This document shows, piece by piece, positions 1-10,187 of a stretch of DNA of 64,000 nucleotides. The stretch comes from an uncultured Bacteroidales bacterium. GTDB lineage: Bacteria; Bacteroidota; Bacteroidia; Bacteroidales; GCA-2748055. The position numbers and the translations under genes are program-made. Every line of letters begins with the position of its first letter. The first letter of the stretch is position 1. Below the pieces are notes generated by a model. That model ran no database searches. It had not been told where the DNA came from and saw nothing but the letters and a program-made list of their open reading frames with translations. Location: contig CAVXSF010000018.1 in assembly GCA_963764345.1 (NCBI GenBank), positions 36,670 through 100,669 on the forward strand, written 5' to 3'.

Positions 1-1
1 T

Positions 2-199
2 AAACTTTCCATGCATGGCGTTACGAAGGAAGTAAAGGAACCCGGAAAAATTCAGGTGAACGGTGATGATATTACCGCACAATCCGAATTTACCGTCAAA
101 CCCGAAGATTTTAACATCGACATACCCGGTGTCGTCAGGGAGAAAATTGCCAAAGAAATCACGGTTAAAGTAGACATGAAATATACACCGCTTAAATGA
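2..199 (+). CDS. YceI-like protein, C-terminal fragment (5' end lies outside the window)
   Basis: The frame is open to the window edge. The tail HGVTKEV...DFNIDIPGVV...ITVKVDMKY resembles the C-terminus of YceI-like beta-barrel proteins. Confidence 0.6.
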   Translation, partial: KLSMHGVTKEVKEPGKIQVNGDDITAQSEFTVKPEDFNIDIPGVVREKIAKEITVKVDMKYTPLK

Positions 200-383
200 T
201 CCTGAGCACCTCTGTTAAGGATATCATGATCTTTGCCGTGCACTTTAAGTAGAAATTCCGGATTTATAAAATTCTGGCTGAACGACAGAATGCAGATTGC
301 GGGTAATAAATATTTTTAATTCCAATAATTATAATTCACTCTGATATTTTTTTATCCCGAACCAAACACCTAAATCATTCGTC

Positions 384-818
384 ATGAAACCTATGTCGCG
401 CAGTGTACTTTACGTCGGACTCGCCATTGTCCTCATTGGAGTTATCGTTGGTGTATATTTTTATACCCTGGGACAGAAAGATCTCACAAATGTTAAGCCA
501 GAATATACTTTACCCGCAAGAGCGTTGTATGCCGATTTTGAAGCAGACGAAAATGCTGCAAATACCAAATACCTGGATAAGGTGTTGGAAGTTTCCGGAA
601 ATGTTTCACATGTTGAGATGAATACCGACAGCACCATGAACGTGATGCTGATGGGTAAAGCCGATCTGGGCGGTGTCCAATGTGCATTCATCAATGTGGT
701 GGATCCGTCTGTCATGAAGATTAATTCAGGTGACAGTGTCGTCATCCGGGGAATTTGCTCCGGGATGCTGATGGATGTTGTACAGCTAAATAACTGCGTG
801 CTGGTGAGTGAGGAGTAG
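384..818 (+). CDS. OB-fold (tRNA_anti-like) membrane-anchored protein
   Basis: 144 aa with an N-terminal TM helix. The pattern ADENAANTKYLDKVLEVSG...IRGICSG is typical of the Bacteroidota tRNA_anti-like OB-fold family. Confidence 0.65.
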   Translation: MKPMSRSVLYVGLAIVLIGVIVGVYFYTLGQKDLTNVKPEYTLPARALYADFEADENAANTKYLDKVLEVSGNVSHVEMNTDSTMNVMLMGKADLGGVQCAFINVVDPSVMKINSGDSVVIRGICSGMLMDVVQLNNCVLVSEE

Positions 819-990
819 GAGCTGAGGGGCGACGAGAGGATGAGAAAATATCCCTGTAAACTGACCACCAGTAATTTAATCTGCACATCTCTGTTTTGCA
901 GCTAAGATATAAAATCTCAAATTGCAGGTCACAAATATAAGATCCTCTGTCAGGGACGATCTCCGTGTTTTACCTCCTCCTGAGCGCCTC

Positions 991-2550
991 CTAAAAAACC
1001 TTCGGATGCTGATGGTCCGAATAGACAAGAACATCCCCGATCCTGATCTTAACAGAACTTTCCGGGTTCAGCCATTTCATTTGTACCGTATGATGTCCCT
1101 TAGCCAGCTGGTAACTCCAGTACATATCAGGAGACCTTGATCGGAAGGCTGAAGGAAGGTTCATCGTTTTATCAGATTTGCCGTCTAGCAAAAATTCAAA
1201 TTTGGCTACATAATCCTGGTTTTCCGAACGTATATCACCCGAAATAACGACACCTGTCCCGTCAAATTCAATGGTTGCGGTGTTATGATCTGCCTCTTTT
1301 TCCCAGTTCAGTCTTTTCTTCTCAAAAGGGATCATACCAGTGAATCCCTGTTCAAGAGCAACAGCAACGGGTGTCTGGAATTTTACCTTCACCTGGTCCT
1401 GATCCACTTCGCCATTGTTGCGTTTGATATTCTCAAGGGCCTGATCAAAACTCATCTTGTACACATCATTGAGTGAGATCGTGGTGTATTTGAAATCCAT
1501 GTCTTCAACTGGCTTCAATTCTTTTTTCCACAGTTCGGGAATATTGGAATACCCGAGTACGGCACCGAGGATGCCTCCTGCCGAAGCGGGGTTACAATCG
1601 GAGTCCTGGCCGCAGCGTGCTGCAATGTCGATGGTCTTTGAAAAGTCATTGTTACCGTATAGGAGTCCTATTACAATATAGGCAGAGTTGATTTTTGAAT
1701 CGATATCAAAGGTTGCAAGTGCACCTTCCGGGCATCCCATATCTTCCGACCAGTTTTTCTGAAGTTCATACCAGGCATACGTCCAGTCATTGGGATCCTT
1801 CTTCCAGGTTTCAATCACCTGTTTGACACATTTGAAGAATTCGCTGTTTTCAGGGATGGTCATGAGAGCATTGGTTACGATATATTCAATATCGCTGCTC
1901 ACGTAAGCAAGGGAATACATGGCACCGACAAAGACACCACCGTACCAGCCGTCGCCATAATTCATGATGTGTCCGATCTTGTCGGAGATGGTTGAAGCCG
2001 TGTTTGCCATACCCGGTGACATGATACCGGCATAATCGGCTTCGATCTGGTAGTCAATATCGTCGGAGTGCGGATTTTCCGTCCAGTATCCCGATTTCGG
2101 AGGCATGATCCCTCTCAGGATGTTATAGCGGGCGGCCTGGTTGGCGTGCCACAGGCTGTATCCGGCATTGGCAAAGGCCATGGCAAAGGAATCGGCAGGT
2201 GCATCGAGGCCAAGCTTGTCGAAAACGCCTACGAAGGTCAGATCCATATATACATCGTCATATAATCCGGGTGCATTCTCATAATACCATTTAATAACCC
2301 CGTCGTTCCAGGTGATTGGCTGGTAATCCTGTATCATCGTGCCCTGGAAATGGAACTCAGTCGGTCCGCCATAGGTGCATCCGATGGTCTGTCCGGCCCA
2401 TCCGCCCATGATCTTGTCTTTCAGAACATCCTTCCGGAGACTGATCATCTGTCCGTCGGTAAAAGGTTCGGTAGTGGATTTCTCCTGCGGGGTGCAGGAA
2501 ATGACTGAAAGGCTCAGGACTGCAGCCAATGCAAAAACATTTAATTTCAT
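991..2550 (-). CDS. ADP-ribosylglycohydrolase family lipoprotein with an extra C-terminal domain
   Basis: 519 aa. Lipoprotein-type signal MKLNVFALAAVLSLSVISC. ARH-family motifs GGWAGQTIGCTYGGPTEF and CGQDSDCNPASAGGILGA. About 130 additional C-terminal residues. Confidence 0.8.
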   Translation of the reverse strand: MKLNVFALAAVLSLSVISCTPQEKSTTEPFTDGQMISLRKDVLKDKIMGGWAGQTIGCTYGGPTEFHFQGTMIQDYQPITWNDGVIKWYYENAPGLYDDVYMDLTFVGVFDKLGLDAPADSFAMAFANAGYSLWHANQAARYNILRGIMPPKSGYWTENPHSDDIDYQIEADYAGIMSPGMANTASTISDKIGHIMNYGDGWYGGVFVGAMYSLAYVSSDIEYIVTNALMTIPENSEFFKCVKQVIETWKKDPNDWTYAWYELQKNWSEDMGCPEGALATFDIDSKINSAYIVIGLLYGNNDFSKTIDIAARCGQDSDCNPASAGGILGAVLGYSNIPELWKKELKPVEDMDFKYTTISLNDVYKMSFDQALENIKRNNGEVDQDQVKVKFQTPVAVALEQGFTGMIPFEKKRLNWEKEADHNTATIEFDGTGVVISGDIRSENQDYVAKFEFLLDGKSDKTMNLPSAFRSRSPDMYWSYQLAKGHHTVQMKWLNPESSVKIRIGDVLVYSDHQHPKVF

Positions 2551-3353
2551 GGTATGGTAGTTTTAATGATATTCAGCTACGGCAAATCTAAGAAAAACAG
2601 GGAGCTTAACAGTAGTTTTCCGGGATAAATTGCAGTAAAATTAGTATATCATCCACAAAAATTTTTAGTAACGACAAATATGGTAATTCGATGAACTGGA
2701 AATTTTTGACATTCGGGACAAGCAATTACAGGCTGTCAGGTTCAGCCTTATCGCAGGAAGGGCGAAAGAGAAAAATCAGGAGGGGGCAGGAAAAAAAACC
2801 TTTCACCCACGCTGATATTTTATCCAAAAACTCATTAAGGGTAGACCGGGGGCATGGGGGAACCGGTTTTAATTTGGGTTCGCGTTCAGTCCTGCATCAG
2901 GGCATCAGGGCTGAGGACTTCTTAACTGCCGTAAAACATAGCGGAGGTACGCTGATTTTTTGGTGGGGCGGGCCATTAAGGGTGGCGGGTGGGGGGTGGG
3001 ACCCCGTTAAATATAAGATCTCTTAAGTACTATATAGCACTTCCACCCGTCCTCATTATTTTCAAAATTTAAATAAGGGTTGCCACTGACCTCCGCTTGA
3101 TACTGTTAGCAGATTGTAAATCATCGATGTCTGGTTAAATAAAAGGTGTTGAACTCCCTGCGGGGTGCCGTGTTTATCGTCGTCCATCGTTCAAAAGAAA
3201 AAAGGCTCCCTTCTGTCTTTTGCCCGCAAACTTCTGTAGATACTGTTCCCGGAAATAAAAATTCTGTTATTTTTACAATCCCTGAACAGGGGAGGGGATG
3301 ATTTCCCTTCCGTCTGCAGGTGAAAACGAAAACGAAAACAAACCAAACTAAAC

Positions 3354-4943
3354 ATGAAAGTCATTTCTTTAGTATTGTCCGGATGCTTATTGACTGGCGG
3401 CATTCTTTCAGCCCAGTATCCTACCCCGGACGAAACCGGAAAACGTATTCAGGATCTTGGCAGCCATCAAAACATGTCGGTGTCTGTTCTTACCCGGACC
3501 GTCGGGGGCAACGATATTTTTGTTATCACGGCCGGCGAGGGTAAAACAGAGGAAAAACCGGCGGTCGCAGTGATCGGCGGGGTGACAGGCACAGCCAGGT
3601 ATTCCGTTGAGATGGTCCTTCGGATGGCAGAAAAACTTGCTGCATCGAAAGCCGGACTGATGAATAACGTCACCTTTTATTTCTTCCCGGATATGTCACC
3701 GGATGCCGGAGCCGGATATTTTTCATCACCCCGCTGTGAACGTCTGGAAAATGACACTCCTGTTGATGATGACCGGGATGGAAAGACCGATGAAGACGGA
3801 TACGACGATTTAAACCACGATGGCATGATCACCTGGATGCGTATCCGTGATACCATCGCAGGTGAATGGATCATTCATCCAGGAAACCCTGACATCATGA
3901 TCAAAGCCGATCCTTCTAAAAATGAGAAAGGACAATATATCCTCATGCGGGAAGGTTTCGACAATGATCATGATGGGGAGATCAATGAAGACAGCGACGG
4001 CGGTGTGATCTTCAATAAGAATTTCAGTTTTAATTACCCCGGCTTCACACATGGCTCAGGTATCAATACCATGTCTGAGAATGAAACCAGAGCACTGGCG
4101 AAATTTCTTTTCGACCACTGGAACATCTTCGCCGTCCTGGCGATCGGTCCGGACAATAACCTGACAGGGTATAACGATCTGAAGGCAGACCTCATTGATA
4201 AATCGATACCTTCGGCTGTAAGCAGCCCCGATAAACCTTATTTTGAGAAGGTGGTCAGGATCTACAATGAGGCTGTGAATCTTCCGGAGAAAACCGTCAG
4301 TCCTCCGTCGGGAGGCAACCTGCTCTCGTGGGCTTATTTTGACTATAACCGCTTTGCTTTCAGTACACCAGCCTGGTCTGTTCCAAAAGCAAAAGATGAC
4401 CGTGGATCGGCAGAGTACGATTACCTTGAATGGAAAGGCAGCAGCGATGATAGTAACGATCTGGTAAAATGGGAACCTGTGGATCATCCCGACATGAAAG
4501 GGAAGACTGTTGAAGTTGGAGGACTGAAACCATTTGTGGTTTCCAATCCCCCCGTTTCTGCCATGGATAGCCTGGCGGACATGCATTTCAATTTTCTGAC
4601 TTCACTCGCGGCTCTTCATCCTGCACTGACCATCCGTGTCGACAAGGTGATCACTCGCGGGGATGATATTTTCCAGGTTGAAGCAGAGATTACCAATTCG
4701 GGGGGGCTTCCCACCATGACCCAATTGGCTGAAAATTCACGATGGGTTAAAAAGATCAGGGTTGAGATGAAAACCGGTTCGGGTAACGAACTCTCAGGGG
4801 GACAGAGAGTTTTTCTGTTTGATCGACTGGATCCCGGCGAAACAAAAAAACTGATCTGGATTGTTGAAGGCAGGGGTAAGGTTACCCTTTCTGCCGGCTC
4901 TCCACAGACAGGATTCTCTGACCGGATTATTGAACTTAATTAA
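3354..4943 (+). CDS. M14 carboxypeptidase-like protein, predicted catalytically inactive (secreted)
   Basis: 529 aa with a signal peptide. It is a paralog of the next gene and shares the acidic inserts DDDRDGKTDEDGYDDLNHDG and DNDHDGEINEDSDG. The zinc HxxE position reads TGTA (GGVTGTARYSVE), and the catalytic Glu position is also lost. Confidence 0.7.
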   Translation: MKVISLVLSGCLLTGGILSAQYPTPDETGKRIQDLGSHQNMSVSVLTRTVGGNDIFVITAGEGKTEEKPAVAVIGGVTGTARYSVEMVLRMAEKLAASKAGLMNNVTFYFFPDMSPDAGAGYFSSPRCERLENDTPVDDDRDGKTDEDGYDDLNHDGMITWMRIRDTIAGEWIIHPGNPDIMIKADPSKNEKGQYILMREGFDNDHDGEINEDSDGGVIFNKNFSFNYPGFTHGSGINTMSENETRALAKFLFDHWNIFAVLAIGPDNNLTGYNDLKADLIDKSIPSAVSSPDKPYFEKVVRIYNEAVNLPEKTVSPPSGGNLLSWAYFDYNRFAFSTPAWSVPKAKDDRGSAEYDYLEWKGSSDDSNDLVKWEPVDHPDMKGKTVEVGGLKPFVVSNPPVSAMDSLADMHFNFLTSLAALHPALTIRVDKVITRGDDIFQVEAEITNSGGLPTMTQLAENSRWVKKIRVEMKTGSGNELSGGQRVFLFDRLDPGETKKLIWIVEGRGKVTLSAGSPQTGFSDRIIELN

Positions 4944-4947
4944 TTCA

Positions 4948-6687
4948 ATGGCTATGAAAACAAAGGCTTTCTTCATTATATTACTCTTTATTTTCCCGTT
5001 ATTTATTCAGGCTCAGAAGGTTCCTGATTTTTTTAAGGGGGCGGGCTCCCCGGTCAATCCGAAGGTAAATATTACCTGGAACAGGTACTATACCTATGAA
5101 GGCTTATCCCGATTGTGCCGGGAAATTGCCACGGCTTATCCCGGACTTGCCCGGCTCGAATCCATTGGAAAATCTTACCAGGGACGGGATATATGGGCCC
5201 TGACGATTACCAGCTTCAAGAACGGAAAACCTGAAGACAAACCGGGATTTTATATCGACGGCAACATCCATTCGAATGAAATTCAAGGCTCTGAAGTCGC
5301 ATTGTACACCGCATGGTACCTGACCGAAAACTACGGGAAGGTTGACTTCATCACTTCGCTATTGAATGATAAGGTGTTTTATATCGTTCCGACGATCAAT
5401 CCGGACGCCCGTGAGAACTTCATGCTTGCTCCCAATAATGCCAACTCTCCGCGTTCAGGCCTGATACCGGTTGATGATGACCGTGACGGCTTGTACAACG
5501 AAGATGGCTTTGACGATCTCGATGGAGACGGGAACATAACCATGATGCGGCGAAAAAATCCGCATGGTAAATGGATCGTTGACCCCCAGGACTCACGCCG
5601 GATGATCCGCGTTGCGAACGATGAATTCGGTGATTATGAGATACTGGGCTACGAAGGCATCGACAATGACGGCGACGGCCAGGTCAATGAAGACCCGGAA
5701 GGGTATTACGATCCCAATCGTGACTGGGCTTTTAACTGGCAGCCTGATTATGTACAGCGCGGTGCTCTGCCTTATCCTTTTTACACCCCGGAGAATAAAG
5801 CGGTCCACGATTTTGTCATTGCCCATCCGAATATCGCCGGTGCACAGTCGTACCATAATTTCGGAGGGATGGTCCTGAGAGGTCCGGCCCAGAAAGATTA
5901 CCAGGAAACATACAACAGCGAAGATGAGAATGTCTTGAGCACCATCGGGAAAACCGGTGAAAAAATCATTCCCGGATACAAGTACTTTGTCCTTTGGAAA
6001 GACCTATACCCGGCTTATGGCAGCGAAATGGATTGGTTTTATGGCTCCAGGGGGATTTATGTTTTCTCCAATGAGTTGTTCTCGAATTTTGAATATTTCG
6101 GGAAGGAAACCGAAGACCGGCAAAAAGTACAGGATGAACAATACGATTTCAGCCGGTTCCTGTTGTTTGGTGATGCCTTTGTACCATGGCACTCCTATCA
6201 CCATCCGCAGTATGGCGACATTGAGATCGGGGGTTTTGCGAAAAACTTCGGCAGGCCCCACCCGGGCTTCCTGCTCGAAGCAGATGCCCATCGTAACATG
6301 GCTTTTACATTATACCATGCTTACAACACACCGGAATTACGCATCGATACCATCGAAGTGAAAGATGCCGGAAAAGGACTTAGTGAAATCACCGTTTCAG
6401 TGGTCAACGGAAGGTTGTCTCCCACGCGATCCGGACAGGACCGGGAGCACAATATAGATCCGGAGGACCGGATATCCATCTCCGGTACCGAAGCCCTTGC
6501 AAAAATGATTGTAACCGACGAAAGTCTGAATCTCACTGAAGTGCAGAACGGTGATCCATCGGTTATAAACATCGCATCCATCCCGGGAATGTCTGTGATG
6601 AAGGTGAGGTGGATTGTCAGGAAATCAAAACATTTTACGGTTACCGTACAAAGTGTTAAAGGGGGTAAAATAATAGCGGAAAGATGA
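4948..6687 (+). CDS. M14 family zinc carboxypeptidase (secreted)
   Basis: HSNE zinc motif at 5269..5280, SYHNFGG third ligand and SNELF catalytic Glu. Signal peptide MAMKTKAFFIILLFIFPLFIQAQ. I chose the start after the stop of the upstream gene; the ORF track begins at 4861. Confidence 0.85.
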   Translation: MAMKTKAFFIILLFIFPLFIQAQKVPDFFKGAGSPVNPKVNITWNRYYTYEGLSRLCREIATAYPGLARLESIGKSYQGRDIWALTITSFKNGKPEDKPGFYIDGNIHSNEIQGSEVALYTAWYLTENYGKVDFITSLLNDKVFYIVPTINPDARENFMLAPNNANSPRSGLIPVDDDRDGLYNEDGFDDLDGDGNITMMRRKNPHGKWIVDPQDSRRMIRVANDEFGDYEILGYEGIDNDGDGQVNEDPEGYYDPNRDWAFNWQPDYVQRGALPYPFYTPENKAVHDFVIAHPNIAGAQSYHNFGGMVLRGPAQKDYQETYNSEDENVLSTIGKTGEKIIPGYKYFVLWKDLYPAYGSEMDWFYGSRGIYVFSNELFSNFEYFGKETEDRQKVQDEQYDFSRFLLFGDAFVPWHSYHHPQYGDIEIGGFAKNFGRPHPGFLLEADAHRNMAFTLYHAYNTPELRIDTIEVKDAGKGLSEITVSVVNGRLSPTRSGQDREHNIDPEDRISISGTEALAKMIVTDESLNLTEVQNGDPSVINIASIPGMSVMKVRWIVRKSKHFTVTVQSVKGGKIIAER

Positions 6688-6830
6688 AGTTATAATATAG
6701 ACTTTTATTAAGCATCAGTTTTGTTTTCAGATAATTTGCGAATATTCCTTAACTTCGTGAGCCCTGAATCCTGCTGTTGATTGATCTTAAAAATATTTTT
6801 CCCGCAGGCGGATGTAAAAATGACAGAGAG

Positions 6831-8038
6831 ATGAAACTTGGAATATTAAGGGAAACGAAAAATCCTCCTGACAGGAGGGTACCCCTGACACCTGCCCAGT
6901 GCCGGCAGATCATGGATAAATATCGGGGTACGGAAATTTTTATTCAGCCTTATGGCTTCAGGTCTTTTACCGACGATGAATACCGGTCGGCCGGAATTAT
7001 CCTGAAGGAGGATCTGAATGATTGTGATATCCTGATGGGAGTAAAGGAGGTTGCCCTCGATGCCTTACTGGAAGGTAAAACCTACATGTTCTTCTCCCAT
7101 ACGGCTAAAAAGCAAAGCCAAAACAGAGAACTGCTCCGGACAGTTCTTGAAAAGAAAATTACCCTCATCGATTATGAATACCTGACAACCGATGATAATG
7201 TCAGGGTTGTGGCTTTTGGCAGGTGGGCCGGAATTGTCGGAGCCTACAACGGACTGAATGCCTATGGCCGGAGGTACCAAAAATTCGAACTTAAACCCGC
7301 ATGGAAATGCCGTGACAAAAATGAACTGTTCCAGCAGTTAAAATCAGTAAATCCGGGAATGGTCAGAATCCTGATCACGGGTGGCGGACGTGTGGCTCAG
7401 GGCGCTATGGAAACCCTTATTGCTGCGGGAATAAAAAAGGTGACGGTGGAAGAGTATGCCCTCAACCATGTAAAAGAACCGGTATACGCCCAGCTTGACC
7501 CCTGGCATTATGTGAAAAGACTCGACGGTCAGGATTTCGAACTCGATCATTTTTTCCATTTTCCTGAAGAGTACGAGACGACATTTTTGCCCTATACACG
7601 TATTACCGACCTCCTCATTGCATGCCATTTCTGGGATCCGCGGTCACCGGTGTTCATGACCAGGGAAGACATGAGAAGACCGGATTTCAGGATCAGGGTC
7701 ATTGCTGATGTCAGCTGCGATATTAACGGACCCATTCCATCTACACTCAGATCTTCCTCCATTGCCAATCCTCTCTATGGCTACGATCCGGTAACGGGAG
7801 GAAGAAGGAGATGCATTTTCTCACGGGAATATTACGGTGATGGCTGTAGACAACCTGCCTGGTGAACTTCCAAGGGATTCTTCTGAAGAATTTGGAAATA
7901 AGCTTATACAGGAAGTCATACCCTACCTGCTTCACGAGAAGGCAGGGCAGACTCATTGAAAAAGCCGTCATCACCAGGGACGGACAATTGACGGGGTCAT
8001 TCGCTTACCTGGAAGATTTTGTAAACGGAATTGAATAA
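6831..8038 (+). pseudogene. Saccharopine/alanine dehydrogenase-family (AlaDH/PNT) oxidoreductase, reading frame broken twice
   Basis: N-terminus MKLGILRETKNPPDRRVPLTP. After about 7797 the conserved continuation ITVMAVDNLPGELPRDSSEEFG runs in the +1 frame. After about 7955 the tail IEKAVITRDGQLTGSFAYLEDFVNGIE runs in the next frame and ends at 8038. Confidence 0.7.
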
Positions 8039-8122
8039 GGATACCGGTTTTTCACCTTCTTTCCTTGTATTGCCGGGATAGAGAGAACTTAACCCGGCAA
8101 GGCCCGGGAACATGAAAATACC

Positions 8123-8779
8123 TCAGGAATGTTTGAACTGACGGATCATGTCTGACGGGTCTTCTGCTGAGAAAATGGAACTTCCGATCACGAAAACATC
8201 TGTTCCCGCTTCAATGAGGGCTTTGATATTCCCGGAGTTAACACCTCCATCCACCTCTATCAGAGTCTGTAGACTTCTGCCGGTAATCATCTTCTTCAGC
8301 TTCCTGATCTTTTCGTATGTGGTGTCAATAAATTCCTGTCCGCCAAAACCCGGATTGACCGACATGATCAGGACCATATACACGTATGGCAGTATCTCTT
8401 CGAGGAAGGATACGGGTGTATGAGGATTAACCACTACGGAAGGCGTCATTCCCAGTTCCCTGATCCGCTGTACTGTTCGGTGAAGATGCGGGCAGGTCTC
8501 AAAATGGACAGTGAGGTTGTCGGCGCCGGCTTCCCTGAACCTTTCGAGATAGCGGTCGGGATCTGTAATCATGAGGTGAACATCGAGGGGCTTGCGGGCA
8601 ATGGATTTGATCTGCTTTATAACCGGAAATCCAAACGAAATATTCGGCACAAAATATCCGTCCATAATATCAAGATGGATCATGTCGGCTTCACTCTCGT
8701 TAACCATTTCGATCGCTTCTCCCAGCTTCAGGAAATTGGCGTTAAGGATGGATGGCGCAATGATGGGCATAACAGTCAT
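8123..8779 (-). CDS. rpe: Ribulose-phosphate 3-epimerase
   Basis: MPIIAPSILNANF...HLDIMDGYFVPNISFG...VDGGV, a canonical Rpe sequence. Confidence 0.95.
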   Translation of the reverse strand: MTVMPIIAPSILNANFLKLGEAIEMVNESEADMIHLDIMDGYFVPNISFGFPVIKQIKSIARKPLDVHLMITDPDRYLERFREAGADNLTVHFETCPHLHRTVQRIRELGMTPSVVVNPHTPVSFLEEILPYVYMVLIMSVNPGFGGQEFIDTTYEKIRKLKKMITGRSLQTLIEVDGGVNSGNIKALIEAGTDVFVIGSSIFSAEDPSDMIRQFKHS

Positions 8780-8866
8780 ATTTTTTTCCCCTGAAAAGAA
8801 AACGGGGTTTAAACAAATTTTGTTTAAACCCCAAATTTAAGCATATATCATGGAAGTGCAGTCAGA

Positions 8867-9730
8867 TCAGCCCAGATAAGTTTTCAGGATTTTACTTCTG
8901 GTCGTGTGCTTGAGCCTTTTGATGGCTTTTTCTTTTATCTGTCTTACACGTTCACGGGTAAGGTTGAATTCCTCACCAATTTCTTCGAGTGTATGAGGGT
9001 GTTTTCCGTTAAGTCCGAAATAGAGGCGGATAATACTTGCCTCACGGTATGTCAGCGTGGAAAGGGCGCGCTCAATTTCCTTGCGCAGCGATTCATTGAG
9101 CAGTTCCTTATCGGGACTGGGTGTATCCGAGTTGAGCAGGACATCATAGAGATTGCCTTCTTCTCCCTCCTGAAGCGGGGCATCCATAGAAACATGTCTG
9201 CCTGAAGAACGGATGGCATCCTTGATGTCGTCAGGGGCAAGCTCCATGGCCTGGGCAATCTCAAGAATGGTCGGTTCCCGTTCGAAAGCCTGTTCCAGCT
9301 CATTGAAGGTTTTGTTGATTTTATTGATAGATCCAATTTTATTCAGCGGAAGTCTAACAATTCTCGCCTGTTCAGCCAATGCCTGCAAAATGGATTGCCG
9401 GATCCACCAAACGGCGTAAGAAATAAATTTAAATCCACGTGTTTCATCAAAACGCTGCGCTGCCTTGATCAGCCCAAGATTTCCTTCATTGATCAGATCG
9501 GGCAGACTAAGACCCTGGTTCTGATATTGTTTTGCCACAGAAACAACAAAACGAAGGTTAGCCTTGATAAGTTTCTCGAGAGCCTCCCTGTCCCCTTTCC
9601 TGATCCGGCGCGCAAGTTCAACTTCTTCCTCAGCTGTAATCAGATCAACCTTACCAATCTCATGCAGATACTTGTCAAGTGAAGGAGTTTCCCGGTTGGT
9701 GACCTGTTTAATGATTTTGAGTTGTCTCAT
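8867..9730 (-). CDS. rpoD: RNA polymerase primary sigma factor (sigma-70 family, Bacteroidota 287-aa type)
   Basis: Regions 1.2 to 4 are recognisable: [48 protein letters not shown]. Confidence 0.95.
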   Translation of the reverse strand: MRQLKIIKQVTNRETPSLDKYLHEIGKVDLITAEEEVELARRIRKGDREALEKLIKANLRFVVSVAKQYQNQGLSLPDLINEGNLGLIKAAQRFDETRGFKFISYAVWWIRQSILQALAEQARIVRLPLNKIGSINKINKTFNELEQAFEREPTILEIAQAMELAPDDIKDAIRSSGRHVSMDAPLQEGEEGNLYDVLLNSDTPSPDKELLNESLRKEIERALSTLTYREASIIRLYFGLNGKHPHTLEEIGEEFNLTRERVRQIKEKAIKRLKHTTRSKILKTYLG

Positions 9731-9989
9731 TGTGGACGGGTTAGTATATAAAGATCATACGGTTAGCATTCAGGGTTTGTTTCAGTCTAAAAATAGTAAT
9801 TCATTTGTTAAAAGAAGGAGTTTTACTCCTGTTTATTAAACAAAAATGCAAGTATTCTTGTTCAGCTAGCAGGAGTCATCATTAACCCGGTCAAAAGTTC
9901 TGTAAATCTGCATCTTTATCCTTCCTGATCTAAAAGTAGGTATGTTTTTTATTTATTTAACTTCCTGTGTTCTGAATTATGATGAATTA

Positions 9990-10021
9990 TTTGGTAAAAT
10001 TGACGAAATCAGTTATATTTG
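9990..10021 (+). promoter_or_regulatory. Candidate Bacteroidota sigma-A promoter for rho
   Basis: TTTG (9990..9993), a 20-nt spacer, then TATATTTG (10014..10021). This matches the -33 TTTG / -7 TAnnTTTG consensus and lies about 165 nt upstream of the rho ATG. Confidence 0.4.
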
Positions 10022-10187
10022 CATCGGAAATTCAATCCCCAGAATTAACTTCTCAAGTAATTCCCTGATTTCAACAAGCCAATTTTTTTATGCGAGAGAC
10101 TAAAGTTATTTTGAGATATTTATTATATCAGGTTAATATCATTTAATTTACTTATCTTATTTCTAATTAATTTCCTTCAATAAACTT

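Noticed and set aside
2691-3026. 111-aa ORF in the ARH/M14 intergenic region
   Set aside because: The translation is Gly/Arg-rich low complexity produced by the G-tracts (..WWGGPLRVAGGGWDP..). There is no plausible start context and no recognisable fold. I treat it as non-coding.
3082-3088. GCCACTG resembling part of a cobalamin riboswitch core
   Set aside because: It is an isolated heptamer. The other conserved B12-element segments are not recognisable, and the downstream genes are peptidases.
3322-3339. (GAAAAC)x3 microsatellite immediately upstream of the first M14-like gene
   Set aside because: It is only three units long. A-rich, SD-less leaders are normal in Bacteroidota, and nothing suggests a switch function.
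4861-4947. Upstream extension of the M14 peptidase ORF overlapping the previous gene by 83 nt
   Set aside because: The extension has no signal-peptide character, whereas the ATG at 4948 is followed immediately by a canonical signal peptide.
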